Below are positions 1-13,622 of a stretch of 43,685 nt of DNA, piece after piece (the stretch's first letter is position 1; each line of letters starts with the position of its first letter). The DNA is from Octopus bimaculoides (taxonomy: Eukaryota): contig NC_068999.1 in NCBI RefSeq assembly GCF_001194135.2, positions 3,898,095 to 3,941,779 of the forward strand, read 5' to 3'. The notes under the pieces are model-generated. The model did not search any database. It saw only the letters and a list, made by a program, of their open reading frames with translations, and had not been told where the DNA came from. A program made the position numbers and the translations under genes.

Positions 1-22
1 ATCTAATAATGGATTCTAATAT

Positions 23-192
23 AGGTACAAGACTAGGTTTCGAGGGAAGGGAGTTAGTCGAGAACATCAACCCCAGTACTTGACTGGTATTTTATTTTAT
101 CGACCACCGAAAGGATGAAAACCAAAACTGACTATGCCAAGATTTGAACTCGTAATGCTTTGCCCAATTCCAGATGCTCTACTGATTCTGCC
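23..192 (-). mobile_element. tRNA-headed SINE family A, degenerate copy
   Basis: Similar to 14533-14722 and 27785-28002 (ccccagtac..actggtacttatttatcgacc..gaaaggatgaaa core). A second decayed copy lies at ~228-345 and a head fragment at 1545-1587. Confidence 0.7.
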
Positions 193-354
193 TTCTTCGT
201 GTTGTGATAGTGTTTTCAAATTTTGACACAGGACTAGCAATTTTAAGGGGTTAGAGAGGTAAGTCCATTACATTAACCTTGACCCGCAAGAGGTACTTAT
301 TTTAGCCCGAAAGGATTAAAGGCAAATTTGAACTCCAGCTCACCTTTTAAGACT

Positions 355-800
355 TCAAAATATTAGCAAGGGACAATAATGAACTGGAAAAGTTATTAAG
401 AATTGTTCATGAATTCGGTCTTTAGACTTTGGAATTAGAGAAATGAGCCAAAGAGGTTGCAAGAAGACATATTAAATAAGATACTGAAAACAGTGGAACC
501 AGAAAATTGGACCAGAACCAAGTTTAGAAATACTGGAGATTAGATGGAACTGAGTTACAACACAGAGAAACGAAGAATAAATTTAAGAAAGAGTATTAGA
601 GAAGAATTAGTCTAAGATTAAAAACCGAACTCAATAACAGGCATAAATACATTCGTCATGCAGGGTGTACACAACGATTTCATCATAAATTGTATTATAT
701 GAATAGAAGATCTTAGAAAAACTAGGAAGTTACTAACAGCGTTCGTAAACCGGTAACATACGATATGAGAGAAGTAACTTTGGAAATATATTTCTGCCAC
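355..800 (+). mobile_element. Degenerate non-LTR retrotransposon RT fragment, R4/Dong-like
   Basis: Frameshifted, stop-ridden translation ILARDNNELEKLLRIVHEF / KY...QHRETKNKFKKEY*RRISLRLKTELNNRHK / RKTRKLLT, matching the recalled R4/Dong RT C-terminal pattern (KEY.RR...ILKTELN..NK...DRKTRKLLT). Confidence 0.65.
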
Positions 801-1027
801 CAGGGTTAAAATCAGAAAAATATGGCATCCAGATAATAATTATAGTTTAATTTTTTATCATATTTTTTGGTGCTTATACAAAAATGACGAAATGAATATT
901 AATTTTCGAAAGAAAATATATTTATTACTTTTAACTTAAGCAAAATATAAAAAAAAACAATGACTCATTTGCATACCCCACCCCGACCCCGTAACTATTC
1001 TCCTCCCTCTCCTTCTCTGTTTCCACG

Positions 1028-1085
<58 letters not shown>

Positions 1086-2019
1086 GCTTTCTTTAAGTGT
1101 TCTCTATTTACATAACAATCATTATACACACACACACATGCGTACATACATACAAATATGTATACAACCATTAGCATTCATTACATACATACAGAGATAC
1201 ATACATACATACATACATACATAAATGGCGATTGCACCGTCTTCACAAATAATCGTCGCCTCCTTTTTGCTTCCTCGTTGGCAATGTCATTTCTGACCTT
1301 CCACGCATGACCGCTCGCATGACAATTCAGTCCCATTGCAAATCTGCATAGTTTAAAAGCATAGGTGACAGACAAAAGTTGTATGTTATTGTCCACTTCC
1401 AACCGGTTACATCTGCACGCTTCATGGCTCTTCCATCGACACTGGGCTTTCGGGAGATGGAATGACAAATGAAGTCAGCATAAAGAGACATCTGTACGTC
1501 ATTGGATTATGGCGATAAACACTTGTACACCACGAGTGCCACCAAGCATTTCGTCCGACGGGCTAACGATTCTGCCAGCTCGCCGCTCTATGTATATAGG
1601 TATATGTGTATATAGATATGTAGGTATATGTGTATATAGATATATGTATATACGCATGTGTGTATACACACATACATATATGTATTAACATACACATCTA
1701 CCCACATATACAATAAAATCCATACTTGTTGACTTACATACGAGTCTAGAGACAAACGTACATACAAACACACATACATGCGTATATACATGCATATACA
1801 AACACAAACACACATGCGTGTATGGGGAGTGGCGGCGTGCACACATGCATATATATACATAAATGACTTCTTAATTGATGATGTTTAAATTCCAATGAAA
1901 TAACTTTGTTCCTGCGTTAGAAACCTGCTCCTCCTCTGTTGCTGAGAAAGTTGACAAATAAAAGCAAAACATCATGCATTTATGTAAATATAAATAATAC
2001 AAACACATATACAATGTAC

Positions 2020-2068
<49 letters not shown>

Positions 2069-2663
2069 NNNNNNNNNNNNNNNNNNNNNNNNNNNNNNNN
2101 NNNNNNNNNNNNNNNNNNNNNNNNNNNNNNNNNNNNNNNNNNNNNNNNNNNNNNNNNNNNNNNNNNNNNNNNNNNNNNNNNNNNNNNNNNNNNNNNNNNN
2201 NNNNNNNNNNNNNNNNNNNNNNNNNNNNNNNNNNNNNNNNNNNNNNNNNNNNNNNNNNNNNNNNNNNNNNNNNNNNNNNNNNNNNNNNNNNNNNNNNNNN
2301 NNNNNNNNNNNNNNNNNNNNNNNNNNNNNNNNNNNNNNNNNNNNNNNTTATTACTGTTATTGTTCTGCGTGGTCATTTCTTGTGAGTGAGAGAACATATA
2401 ATATTTCCATATAATTCATTCTTTTTTTTCATTTTTGGTATCCGTGTAGCAGAACATAACATTATTTCACTCTTATCGGAGCTTATCGATAAAACGTAAC
2501 CTGGCATCGTGAAACTAGTTGGTCTATGTTCATTTAAAACATGTAGGAACTATATACGCTCGATTTCTTTTTCTTCTGTTTTTTTCTTCTTTCATACTCT
2601 CTTAACAGTGAAGAAAAGGAGAGAAGAGATAGAGGCGAGGCAATGAAATCCTCAGAGTTATAC

Positions 2664-2703
<40 letters not shown>

Positions 2704-2744
2704 TCTTTTATTCTCTTATTCTTTTATTTGAGGTTCACAATTAC

Positions 2745-3040
2745 AACCAACTTCACTTCTGCCTCTGAGAATCTAATTTGTGTAATAACCTACTCGGTTT
2801 GTGGACATAACTATATAGGATAGACGATTTCTACATTGAGACGGAGAAACACTCTACATAAAGAGCAGATCCGGTTCCCGCAATACAGAAAGATTTCTTT
2901 AAGTGAATACATAGAAAGATGTGCAGGTAACCAAATTTCGCGGTTTTCCTCTTCCACCAGTGCAAATATACAATTTCTATACAAGAATGTTGATATAAAG
3001 AAAATTTTTTCATCGAAAAATACGGAACGCGTCTAAATAT
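2745..3040 (+). mobile_element. Degenerate Penelope-like element GIY-YIG endonuclease fragment
   Basis: Reads NFTSASENLICVITYSVCGHNYIG*TISTLRRRNTLHKEQIRFPQYRKISLSEYIERC, then after a frameshift ...KENFFIEKYGTRLN; matches FTC.S.N.IY.I.C..C...YIGET...L..R...H...I...E...I......LN. Confidence 0.75.
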
Positions 3041-5354
3041 GGACCCATAACCAACTTTGATCTCTCTACACATATTTTAATTCACGATTACATACCCATC
3101 ACTGTACATATTTCTCCCCACTACTCTTGCTTTTGAATTTTTCTGTATATTCCCCCCCACCAAAACATGAACAACTATCACTCCTTTCCACAATAATAAC
3201 GATCACCAATTACCTCCCCTTACTTTTTGAATCATTAATTCATAAACTCCTCCACACACAACATAGACAAAAGACTTTTTCTTAAGAAAATACGTAATTA
3301 AAATAATTTTAATGTCCAGTTTTATGCTGATGAGATTTTTACTCAAAATACTTCCATAATATGAATTTTTATAAATTTGTTATTGGTTTAGGGTCTGCAT
3401 CGAAACAATTGTAGGGTTTATTAATATTTATNNNNNNNNNNNNNNNNNNNNNNNNNNNNNNNNNNNNNNNNNNNNNNNNNNNNNNNNNNNNNNNNNNNNN
3501 NNNNNNNNNNNNNNNNNNNNNNNNNNNNNNNNNNNNNNNNNNNNNNNNNNNNNNNNNNNNNNNNNNNNNNNNNNNNNNNNNNNNNNNNNNNNNNNNNNNN
3601 NNNNNNNNNNNNNNNNNNNNNNNNNNNNNNNNNNNNNNNNNNNNNNNNNNNNNNNNNNNNNNNNNNNNNNNNNNNNNNNNNNNNNNNNNNNNNNNNNNNN
3701 NNNNNNNNNNNNNNNNNNNNNNNNNNNNNNNNNNNNNNNNNNNNNNNNNNNNNNNNNNNNNNNNNNNNNNNNNNNATATATATATATATATATACGTACA
3801 CACACGCGTGTACATATACATATGTACACACACTCCTACACAAACATCGAAACACACAAACACACCTCTTCAAAAGCTGTGATTGTAAAGTAAAGTGTGG
3901 AGTGGGGGGCAGTTTCTCTTGTTTTATAATCTCTAATTAATATTTAATCAGTGTAACGATGTAGTATGTCACTGTGACACCCAGGTTCCCACCTACGGTA
4001 AATGTAAGACCATTGTAGTTTCCTTGCCCTTCCTTGACCAGGAAGTTTTCTTCTTCCAAAATAAACCCACGAACGTAAAAAAAAAACTGCTGAGACGATT
4101 TTCTTGATATCGTCTCAGAAGAAATTTTTCTTTCAAACAACCTTTCTTTGTCGAATTATTTAGTCATCGATGTTGTTGTGCTTGCTGTTGTTTCTTCCTA
4201 TTCCTGTAATTGTTGTTGTTGTTATGGTGGTGGTAGATGTGGTGGTGTTTGTGGTGGTGGTGGTGCGTGTTGCTTTTGTTCGAAGACGGATTTTATGTCT
4301 TACCAGATGATAGTAAGTGCATGATACTGACGAAGCCCAAAGAGACGGAAATGCGCGTCTAGCATTCTCACTGCTGCAAATAGACGAATTTTGCCTGCTA
4401 CCGATATATATATATATATATATATCGGTATTATCGGTATGTAATTTTGTACATACTCACACACACATACATGCATACATACATACAAACTTACATACAC
4501 ACACATATATATACATACATACAAAGACATATACATACATTACACACACACACACACACACATGCACACACACATACAGAGACAGTCGCCCTGGCAAATA
4601 CCATGATTAACACTCCCGCTAACATCATCAACAGTACCACCGCCCTCACCAGCAACATCACCATCATTACCGCCATTGCCATCACCGCCACTACCTTTAC
4701 AACTACCAACATTAACACCACCAACACCATCACCCCTACCACCACCACTACCAGTCTCAAATACCCTACAAAGGTCATAGGTGTTGCCCTACCCAATCTG
4801 ATATAAAGCCACAACAAAAAAAGAAAGAAAGAAAGAAAAGAATAATAAAATAAGATAATTCTCTGTTTTCATTGAAATTTGTGGGGAAAGTGAAGACCAA
4901 GTAATTTTAAGTGGAGTTTCAATGAAAACACAACAAAACAGGAGAAAATGCAATAAAACAAGCCTAAAAAGCATCAACATAAAAGAAACAGTTTTGAAAG
5001 ATGGCTGCAAATGTCGTCTGACCAGTTCTCAGAAATATTTGTAAAGAATATAGGTTGTTTGTAATGAGTTAATGAATAAATAATAGATTAACGGAGTTAA
5101 TTTAGCTTTTAAATTTCACTGAATAGAAATTACTGGCACAGAATCCAACTAAATTTGCATAAGATCGAATTAATATCGAATTAAAAGTAAATTAATTATT
5201 TCAGAGTAAGTTGGAGATGAATGGCGTTCGCATGAGGTTGGGCATATAATTTAGCTTCTGGTTGATTAGTCGGGGAAACAGACGCATATACATGCGTGAG
5301 TACGTCATACATATGTGATGTCATGTGATGTTTGTGTGTGTATGTATGTGTGTA

Positions 5355-5392
<38 letters not shown>

Positions 5393-7792
5393 GGGGGGAG
5401 GCGTGTATGTAAGTGTGTAAGTATGTATTTCTGTGTGTGAATGTCTGCGTATGTGCATACATATACACACACATGCACGTATCTGAAACGGAAATATATA
5501 TATACATACATACATGTCATGCATGCGTACGTACATACATACATACATACATACATACATACATACACACTCGCATCAAAATAGCCAAGTGCCAACGTAA
5601 CAAGCATGATTTGTTTGGTATAGAAATTCTATTTCTATCCATGACGTTATCAAGTAGTAATGCTGACTCTACGACTTTTTCTGTTTTTCCTGTGTCTTCT
5701 GTGAAACATGCCTCACTCGATTATATGAGCAGGAAAATAATAAGTGGACATGTATGGGATCTAAATATTCTGGCTGGTTTGTGATATTCGCTCTCTATTT
5801 CAAAGAGAAAACACGCACAGAGAGCATATTTATACTGTTATAAATGTGCATCTCTTTTCATTATTTACAATCTCTGTAATTCTCTGCAAATCATTCATTG
5901 AAACCCAGAAAATCCTAGCAAGTTCAAGGTAAAAGATATGCACTGCATGACATTTCGCCTTGGTTATTAATATCAAGACAAAAACATAAAGACAAAAGCC
6001 GTAGTAGTTAATACTTCTGTCAGCTGACCTTTTTTCTCTTTTATCTGTTATTTATTAAGAACCGGTTGATAAATATGTCGTCTGTTATCCACGTGGCAGA
6101 TGACACATGTAACGTTCCCTGTACCCAGTGGCGGTACAGTATCATCAGGCTAGTTGCCGGATGAAAAGCCCGTAGTGGACAGATATCAACATTTTAACGC
6201 TAACACCACCACCATCACCTACACAATCAACTCCACTACTACCATCGCCATCATCATCATCATCACCACCACCACCACCACCACCACCACCACCACCACT
6301 ACCAAACCACAACGTTGTCATTGACCAATATATAAAAAGCTGTTTCACCAGATTTCAAAGATGTCACATTGTCAATTTGACATTAACAGATGTCGTTTGA
6401 CATTTGAATGAAATATGTCACGTATCTTTAGAAGCATCCTTTATTGTATTATATATATATATATATATACATATACCCAGCCATATGTGTGTGTGTGTAT
6501 ATATATATATATGGGAGAATATACAAATAATAACAACAGACGAGGACAGGTGGTGTAAATAACAAAAGTATATATTAGTATGACGCTCGGGAATATATAT
6601 ATATATTTATGTGGAGAATGGAGCAACAAATACAAGAAGAAGCAGTTCTGTTGGGCTAGTTAGCCGTTGTTTTATTGTGTGGAGGTTATGTAATGAGTCA
6701 TTGTGGAGGTTGAGGTTATGTAGTGAGTCATTGTGAATGTTATGTAATAGTCATTTACGTACGTTTCAATCTAGCCAATGGTNNNNNNNNNNNNNNNNNN
6801 NNNNNNNNNNNNNNNNNNNNNNNNNNNNNNNNNNNNNNNNNNNNNNNNNNNNNNNNNNNNNNNNNNNNNNNNNNNNNNNNNNNNNNNNNNNNNNNNNNNN
6901 NNNNNNNNNNNNNNNNNNNNNNNNNNNNNNNNNNNNNNNNNNNNNNNNNNNNNNNNNNNNNNNNNNNNNNNNNNNNNNNNNNNNNNNNNNNNNNNNNNNN
7001 NNNNNNNNNNNNNNNNNNNNNNNNNNNNNNNNNNNNNNNNNNNNNNNNNNNNNNNNNNNNNNNNNNNNNNNNNNNNNNNNNNNNNNNNNNNNNNNNNNNN
7101 NNNNNNNNNNNNNNNNNNNNNNNNNNNNNNNNNNNNNNNNNNNNNNNNNNNNNNNNNNNNNNNNNNNNNNNNNNNNNNNNNNNNNNNNNNNNNNNNNNNN
7201 NNNNNNNNNNNNNNNNNNNNNNNNNNNNNNNNNNNNNNNNNNNNNNNNNNNNNNNNNNNNNNNNNNNNNNNNNNNNNNNNNNNNNNNNNNNNNNNNNNNN
7301 NNNNNNNNNNNNNNNNNNNNNNNNNNNNNNNNNNNNNNNNNNNNNNNNNNNNNNNNNNNNNNNNNNNNNNNNNNNNNNNNNNNNNNNNNNNNNNNNNNNN
7401 NNNNNNNNNNNNNNNNNNNNNNNNNNNNNNNNNNNNNNNNNNNNNNNNNNNNNNNNNNNNNNNNNNNNNNNNNNNNNNNNNNNNNNNNNNNNNNNNNNNN
7501 NNNNNNNNNNNNNNNNNNNNNNNNNNNNNNNNNNNNNNNNNNNNNNNNNNNNNNNNNNNNNNNNNNNNNNNNNNNNNNNNNNNNNNNNNNNNNNNNNNNN
7601 NNNNNNNNNNNNNNNNNNNNNNNNNNNNNNNNNNNNNNNNNNNNNNNNNNNNNNNNNNNNNNNNNNNNNNNNNNNNNNTATATATATAAACTGATTTATT
7701 TGGCATATGCTGTTTTTGTTTTAAGGTCAAGAACTTGGAAGTAAGACAGAAGCGTAAACTCCGAGGCAGTGACCAGACCAAACTAATCCACA

Positions 7793-7861
7793 ATGTTCTC
7801 ATCATCACAATCATCACATTATGTCAAATCGAGCAAAGTGATTTCCTATGAAACGCAGAAG
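7793..7861 (+). CDS. Filamin-like coding exon 1 ([23 protein letters not shown])
   Basis: ATG 7793 with in-frame TAA at 7784-7786; acceptor ttttaag| at 7725; donor AAG|gtacgt at 7862; phase 0 matches next exon. Confidence 0.7.
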
Positions 7862-8483
7862 GTACGTATGACGTCATTCATCTACTAAACCGATCTCATT
7901 GCCAACAACAAGAATTACAATCAGCATGAATAAACTAGATTAAATGAACGACAATTATTCAATTTTCCCCCTCTTTTCCTCGCCTCCCTTTTTCTCTTAA
8001 ACAACCTTTATACCTTTCCTCCTTTCTTTCTCTCTTACTCGCTCTTCTTCTATCTTCTGCATACAAATCATTATTAACCTTCGCCTGTCCAAAGTATTTT
8101 CATAAATTTGTCATAAACGTCCATGTCTGTTTTCAGATTTTTAGTGAACCCCTTGTTTCACACGTTCTGAGTAATATAAAGCTATCCTTTCAGAAGTTCT
8201 AAGATAGTTTGGTGGTTGAAAAAATGTGAATGTCTATCGTATATGATGCATGGATGCAAGAAAAACATGTCAAGTGTATCACATGTGATTCACACGACAG
8301 ATAAAGGATTAAGCCTCGTCTACTGATTTTATCTTGCGCATGCCCAACCGGGTATTGACAACTCACTAAAAAATTACAGAAATTAACGAACAATCATACG
8401 ATCCCATATGATTGATCATATGACCGAGTTGACAACTTTGCTGCTTCAAACGAAAGAATGCCATAAAATAACTTCCTTTGGCA

Positions 8484-8538
<55 letters not shown>

Positions 8539-11500
8539 ACACATTAGGTAAAGCTTCTGTACGAATTATGTTATTTCTTGTTGTGTGCACGCGAAAAATT
8601 ACAGCTCAAATCCAATTGAAATGACCTTTTTCTATTTTGTAATTTGTGTTTGTGGTGTTTAAAAACCTGATCTCCGACATAAAACTTTTTTTTCTGATTA
8701 ATTCTTTTACTACGATTGGAAGAGAGTTCAATGAAAAAATAATCAGTTTTAGAACAATAATATAACTATACATAAACGTATAAACGTATTTAAACACATG
8801 TGCATATTTTTGCTCATATTTTCACAGGTGAATCGGGCCCGAAGTCATGTGACCACCAGTCACGTGGACTTGTCTAGAAACTACAATGACCAACTGGCTG
8901 ATCGAATGTTCTACAGTACAACGGCGATCGATAGCAATGGATTGGTCGACTCATCATCCACTCGGTATTCTGGTTCCTCCAGTTTCGTCCCCTATAACAA
9001 CACCCGCCATTCCAGCAGCAATACGTCTTCTGAAGGAAGCATCAGAGAATTTGTTATCAACCCTGACCCTTTGGACCAAGAAGGGACCTATTCGGTTGGA
9101 ATCATCTTTGATCGCACTGTAAGTTCCACCAGTCATCATTGCGATCCCACCTCCCCCCTCTATCATTTCTGTTTGCTTCTTATGTTCTTAAGTCTATAAT
9201 AAATACCAAACTCTTGAATAGACCTGTTGCTTTGTTTCAGGTTAACCTTTCTTTCTGATTAATTCTTTTACTACGGTTAATTTGATCAATAAACCCTTCA
9301 AGGCAGTGCCCCAGCATGGCCGAAATCTAATGAATAAAACAAATAAAAGAATAAAAGAACAGTACAATTTTATATTGACTAATATAAAATTAAACCAATT
9401 AAAGATAAATTTGCTTCGCGGCAAGATTGTTTCAGGTTGTTAATTATCGTCTTTCCTGGAGCATCTTGTTTTTGTTAGAGAGCGTATTTCGTAAGACGTC
9501 CAAACATTTTCATATCTGCCTCTCTACATCTCTGTATCTGTTTCCGTATATCTCCGTATATCCCCGTTAATGTAAGATTCATAAATACAAAGAACTTGGC
9601 TTCCCAGATAAATACGCTGGCATACCATCTAATGTAGTCCTTCCTTTCTAAAATGGTAACATGTAACTGCACCGGTTTACTCAGCTGATGATGCCTTACT
9701 ATATATGTGTGTACGAATGTGTGTGTGCATGTGTGTGTGTGTGTGTATGTGTGTGTCAAGCGGTCTACTCTATTCCCATTTCAATCACTCTACCGTTCTG
9801 CCTTATTTCTCCCCACTCCATCTCTCCAGCCCCCTTTTCTATTCTACCTCGCATCGTTCTGTCGACAGGTGAACGACTACATCAAAGACAAGAGCTGTGT
9901 CACAGTGGAAGCCAGGTCGCCGTCTGGTCGGTTGATAACCTTCAGCGGAGAGACCAACTACACGGCGAGGTTCGATGCTTCTGAAATCGGTAAGACACGA
10001 AACGCTAGTCAAACTCTTATTCTGCCAACAAGGAGTAGTCTAACATGTCTAGATATGCAAGTATATGCATGTGAATATATACATAAAGCAAAACATACAA
10101 ATTGACACGCATACACACATACATACGTACATACATACATACATACATACATACATACATACATACATACATACATACATACAAACAAACATACCCTGTT
10201 GTTGATGTTGAAATTCCAGTGAAGGAGACTTCGATATAGGCTAGAATTCTTTTCTTTCTCTATTGGCAAGAAATCTTGAAATAAAACTAAACAATGACAT
10301 ACATACATACACACGCATACATATATACATACAAACATACACGCTCACAAACATATACACACATACGCATATACATGCAAAAACACGCACGCACATATGC
10401 ACACACACATACATATATGTAAACACAATGCAAGCAAAAATATCGTTTTTCATCACGTGATCACCTTTTGCCCTCCATGAGTTATCTTCATCATGAGGAC
10501 ACCTCTCTTCTCGTGTAGCCATCTTTCATCTCAAGTGCACATCATCCGTCCGTCACATTATTATCTCCCCCCTCATTATGCAATCATCTTTCCATTCATG
10601 GTAGAATGACTTAAAATACCATTAATCTCAACAGTTCTCTTTAATCTTCACTCAAATTCAAACAGCCACAAAATCTATTTACATTCGCAACTAATTCTAA
10701 CTCATCCCAAAACTCCGTTCTTAAAGACATTTGTTCCAAGTGAGGAATTTATTTTAGTCTGCGATACATTCCAAAATTTCGAAATGTTAATGTTCAAGAC
10801 CAAAGTTGCATAATTTGCTTCTGTTGTGATATAAATATTAAATGTTGATTTTCTGACCACGCTCGGGTATTTTTCTGAAAACATATTTACAGGGAGATGG
10901 AGCGTGAAAATATTGTACAATGGCCATTGTGTGGAGAGCGGTGATATTTACGTGTGTGACCCTTGTAAAGTCCGTGTGAAAGGACCAACTCACGGCACTG
11001 TGGGTGAAATGGTCAGATACAGAGGTGAGTAATATGTTTTTAAATTGGCAAAAACATTAATTTAAGAACAGAAAAGACTCGAATTCAGTGAGGTTTGAGA
11101 GCTCACGGACAAACAAACAAACAAACACGACTGAAAACAATACCTCCGCCTTCGCTAAGGCGGAGGTAATAATAATAATAATAATAATTCTATGGTAGAA
11201 TGTTTATAATGGGCCATAGATGAAGGATATTATAAAGATGAATCAGAAAACGACGAGTCGTTTAGCCATTTGCTATTTTTCAATCACGAATTCATTCGTT
11301 GTCTCTTTCCTTCTCACAGTGAACTCGTTGGAAGCTGGACCTGGAGATATAAACATCGAAGTGTTTCTCGGGGAGAAGAAAATAGCAGCTGACGTAGAGC
11401 GTATGAAGAAACAAGTTGTGAAGGCAGATTTTATACCCCGGGTGCCCGGCACATATCGAGTCAAGGTGAAATATAATGGGGTGGAAATCAAAGGTAAGAT

Positions 11501-11751
11501 ATTTTCAGAAAACGTCACAGATGACAATGCGCATGTGAGCATATTCCTGTTTGCGAATGTGTGTGTATGTCTAAGCGTTTAACTATATGTATACATATAT
11601 AGATACACATACATACATACATATATACATACATACATACATACGTATCGTCTATGTATCTTTAATTTGTACTGATGTGACTCAGTCAAGTCGAAACTGT
11701 TCTGTTACAAATACTCTTCCTTGCCCATTAGAGAAAGAGTAGATATATGTG

Positions 11752-11823
<72 letters not shown>

Positions 11824-11965
11824 NNNNNNNNNNNNNNNNNNNNNNNNNNNNNNNNNNNNNNNNNNNNNNNNNNNNNNNNNNNNNNNNNNNNNNNNNNNNN
11901 NNNNNNNNNNNNNNNNNNNNNNNNNNNNNNNNNNNNNNNNNNNNNNNNNNNNNNNNNNNNNNNNN

Positions 11966-12006
<41 letters not shown>

Positions 12007-13565
12007 GGTGTGATCTACTATAAGATTACATTTCTAAATGTCTTCAAAACTATCTTGATTGTGATTAGTAACAGATTAGAAGTGACGAACTGATTTATAT
12101 ATATATATAGTAAAAAATATTTCTCATAACTTCCATTGGACACAGCTTTCTTCACAATTATCAACATTATAATTAGTATCACCAATGCCTTTATCATCAC
12201 CAGCACCACCACCAGAACGAGTACCATCATCACCATCATCATCATCGTCGTCGTCGTCGTCGTCGTCAACCCATCTTCGTCGTCAACCCATCTTCGTCAC
12301 AGCATTACCATAATCATCACCATGGTCATCAATGTCACCTTCTCTTCCCCAGATATCACTCAAGTCACTTCCCCCAAGCCGGTCATTCATAAAGCTGTGT
12401 TCTTTATGAAAATTGACGATGATGAATTTGGAGCGAAAATTAGCCTTAAATGTAAGTAGAACATATTTTAGTCAGTGATGGTCACGTCGAGTGGTGTTAG
12501 TTATTTTGTCAGTAATGATCATCTAGACTGGTGTTAGTTATTTAGTGAGTAGTGGTCATCTGGATTGGTGTTAGTTATCTGATCTGATCAGCGGATAGCA
12601 GGTGGCAGCCAGCAATAGTATTGTCCATCTTTTAGCTAACAACTATCTAATTCACATCTGTCTACTGTCTAACTCGCATCTGTCTACTGTCTTTTGGCTA
12701 TTATTTATTGTCTATTGTCTAACTACTGGCTACCTACCATCTAACTGATGTTTAAAAATCATGAGTAACAACTAGTTAACTAGAAACTAATGCCATACTA
12801 ACTGTTCTTTAACTACTGACTAATTTAAGTTAACTAGTGGCTAATTATTAAATGATGTCTAATTACTGGTCAGCTACTGTTATATGATTTAACTAATTTC
12901 GTAGTAGTGTCTAGCTATATCTAGCTAACCATTGACTAATTACTGTCAAACAGATGTATAACTTATGGCTATTTTCTGTCTTATTAACTGAAACAAAACC
13001 TGTCTAACCTAGATAATTATTTTTAACTAAGCAAATTATGCTGATCAATAATTATTTCATAACTCTTTTTAGCGATTAAAAATGTTCGTTAACTGACCAA
13101 GCAGATTTCATAATATTATAATACTATACTGATGGGGTCTAACAAGGTCGAAACATGCCTGTAGTTGCTTCCTTACCTACAAAACAAGATCAGATTGTCT
13201 CCTAAACATGTAAATTTAAATTTGAGGGATTAATTCTTAATTTCTTTAAATCATCTTGCCCCTTTCTTTGAAAATCTTCAATAATTCCAGTAACTCAAAA
13301 GAACATCAACCCCTTTTTTTTACCTGTCTGTTATATTACCTGTCTAATTTATTTTTTAGCTACTGTCTAACTATTCTTTTACTATAATTACTGTCTAACG
13401 AATTGTGTCTATATTTCTCTCTCTCTCTCTCTCTCCGTCTCTTTGTCTAAATTCCTCTTCCTTGCCTTCTTTTTATCTCTTTCTTCTCTACATCTTTCTC
13501 TCTATCACTTCCCTTCGTCTGTCTGTCTGTCTGTCTGTCTCTGTCTGTCTGTCTGTCTGTCTGTC

Positions 13566-13622
<57 letters not shown>

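Noticed and set aside
3937-4140. Minus-strand ORF (…GFILEEENFLVKEGQGNYNGLTFTVGG…) and plus-strand mini-exon 3950-3997
   Set aside because: No recognisable homology and no phase-consistent link to either gene.
4317-5607. His/Thr, Val/Cys/Met and Tyr/Ile-rich ORFs
   Set aside because: Translations of (CA)n, (ATAC)n and (ACC)n simple repeats; no splice or domain support. The same applies to similar ORFs throughout the window.
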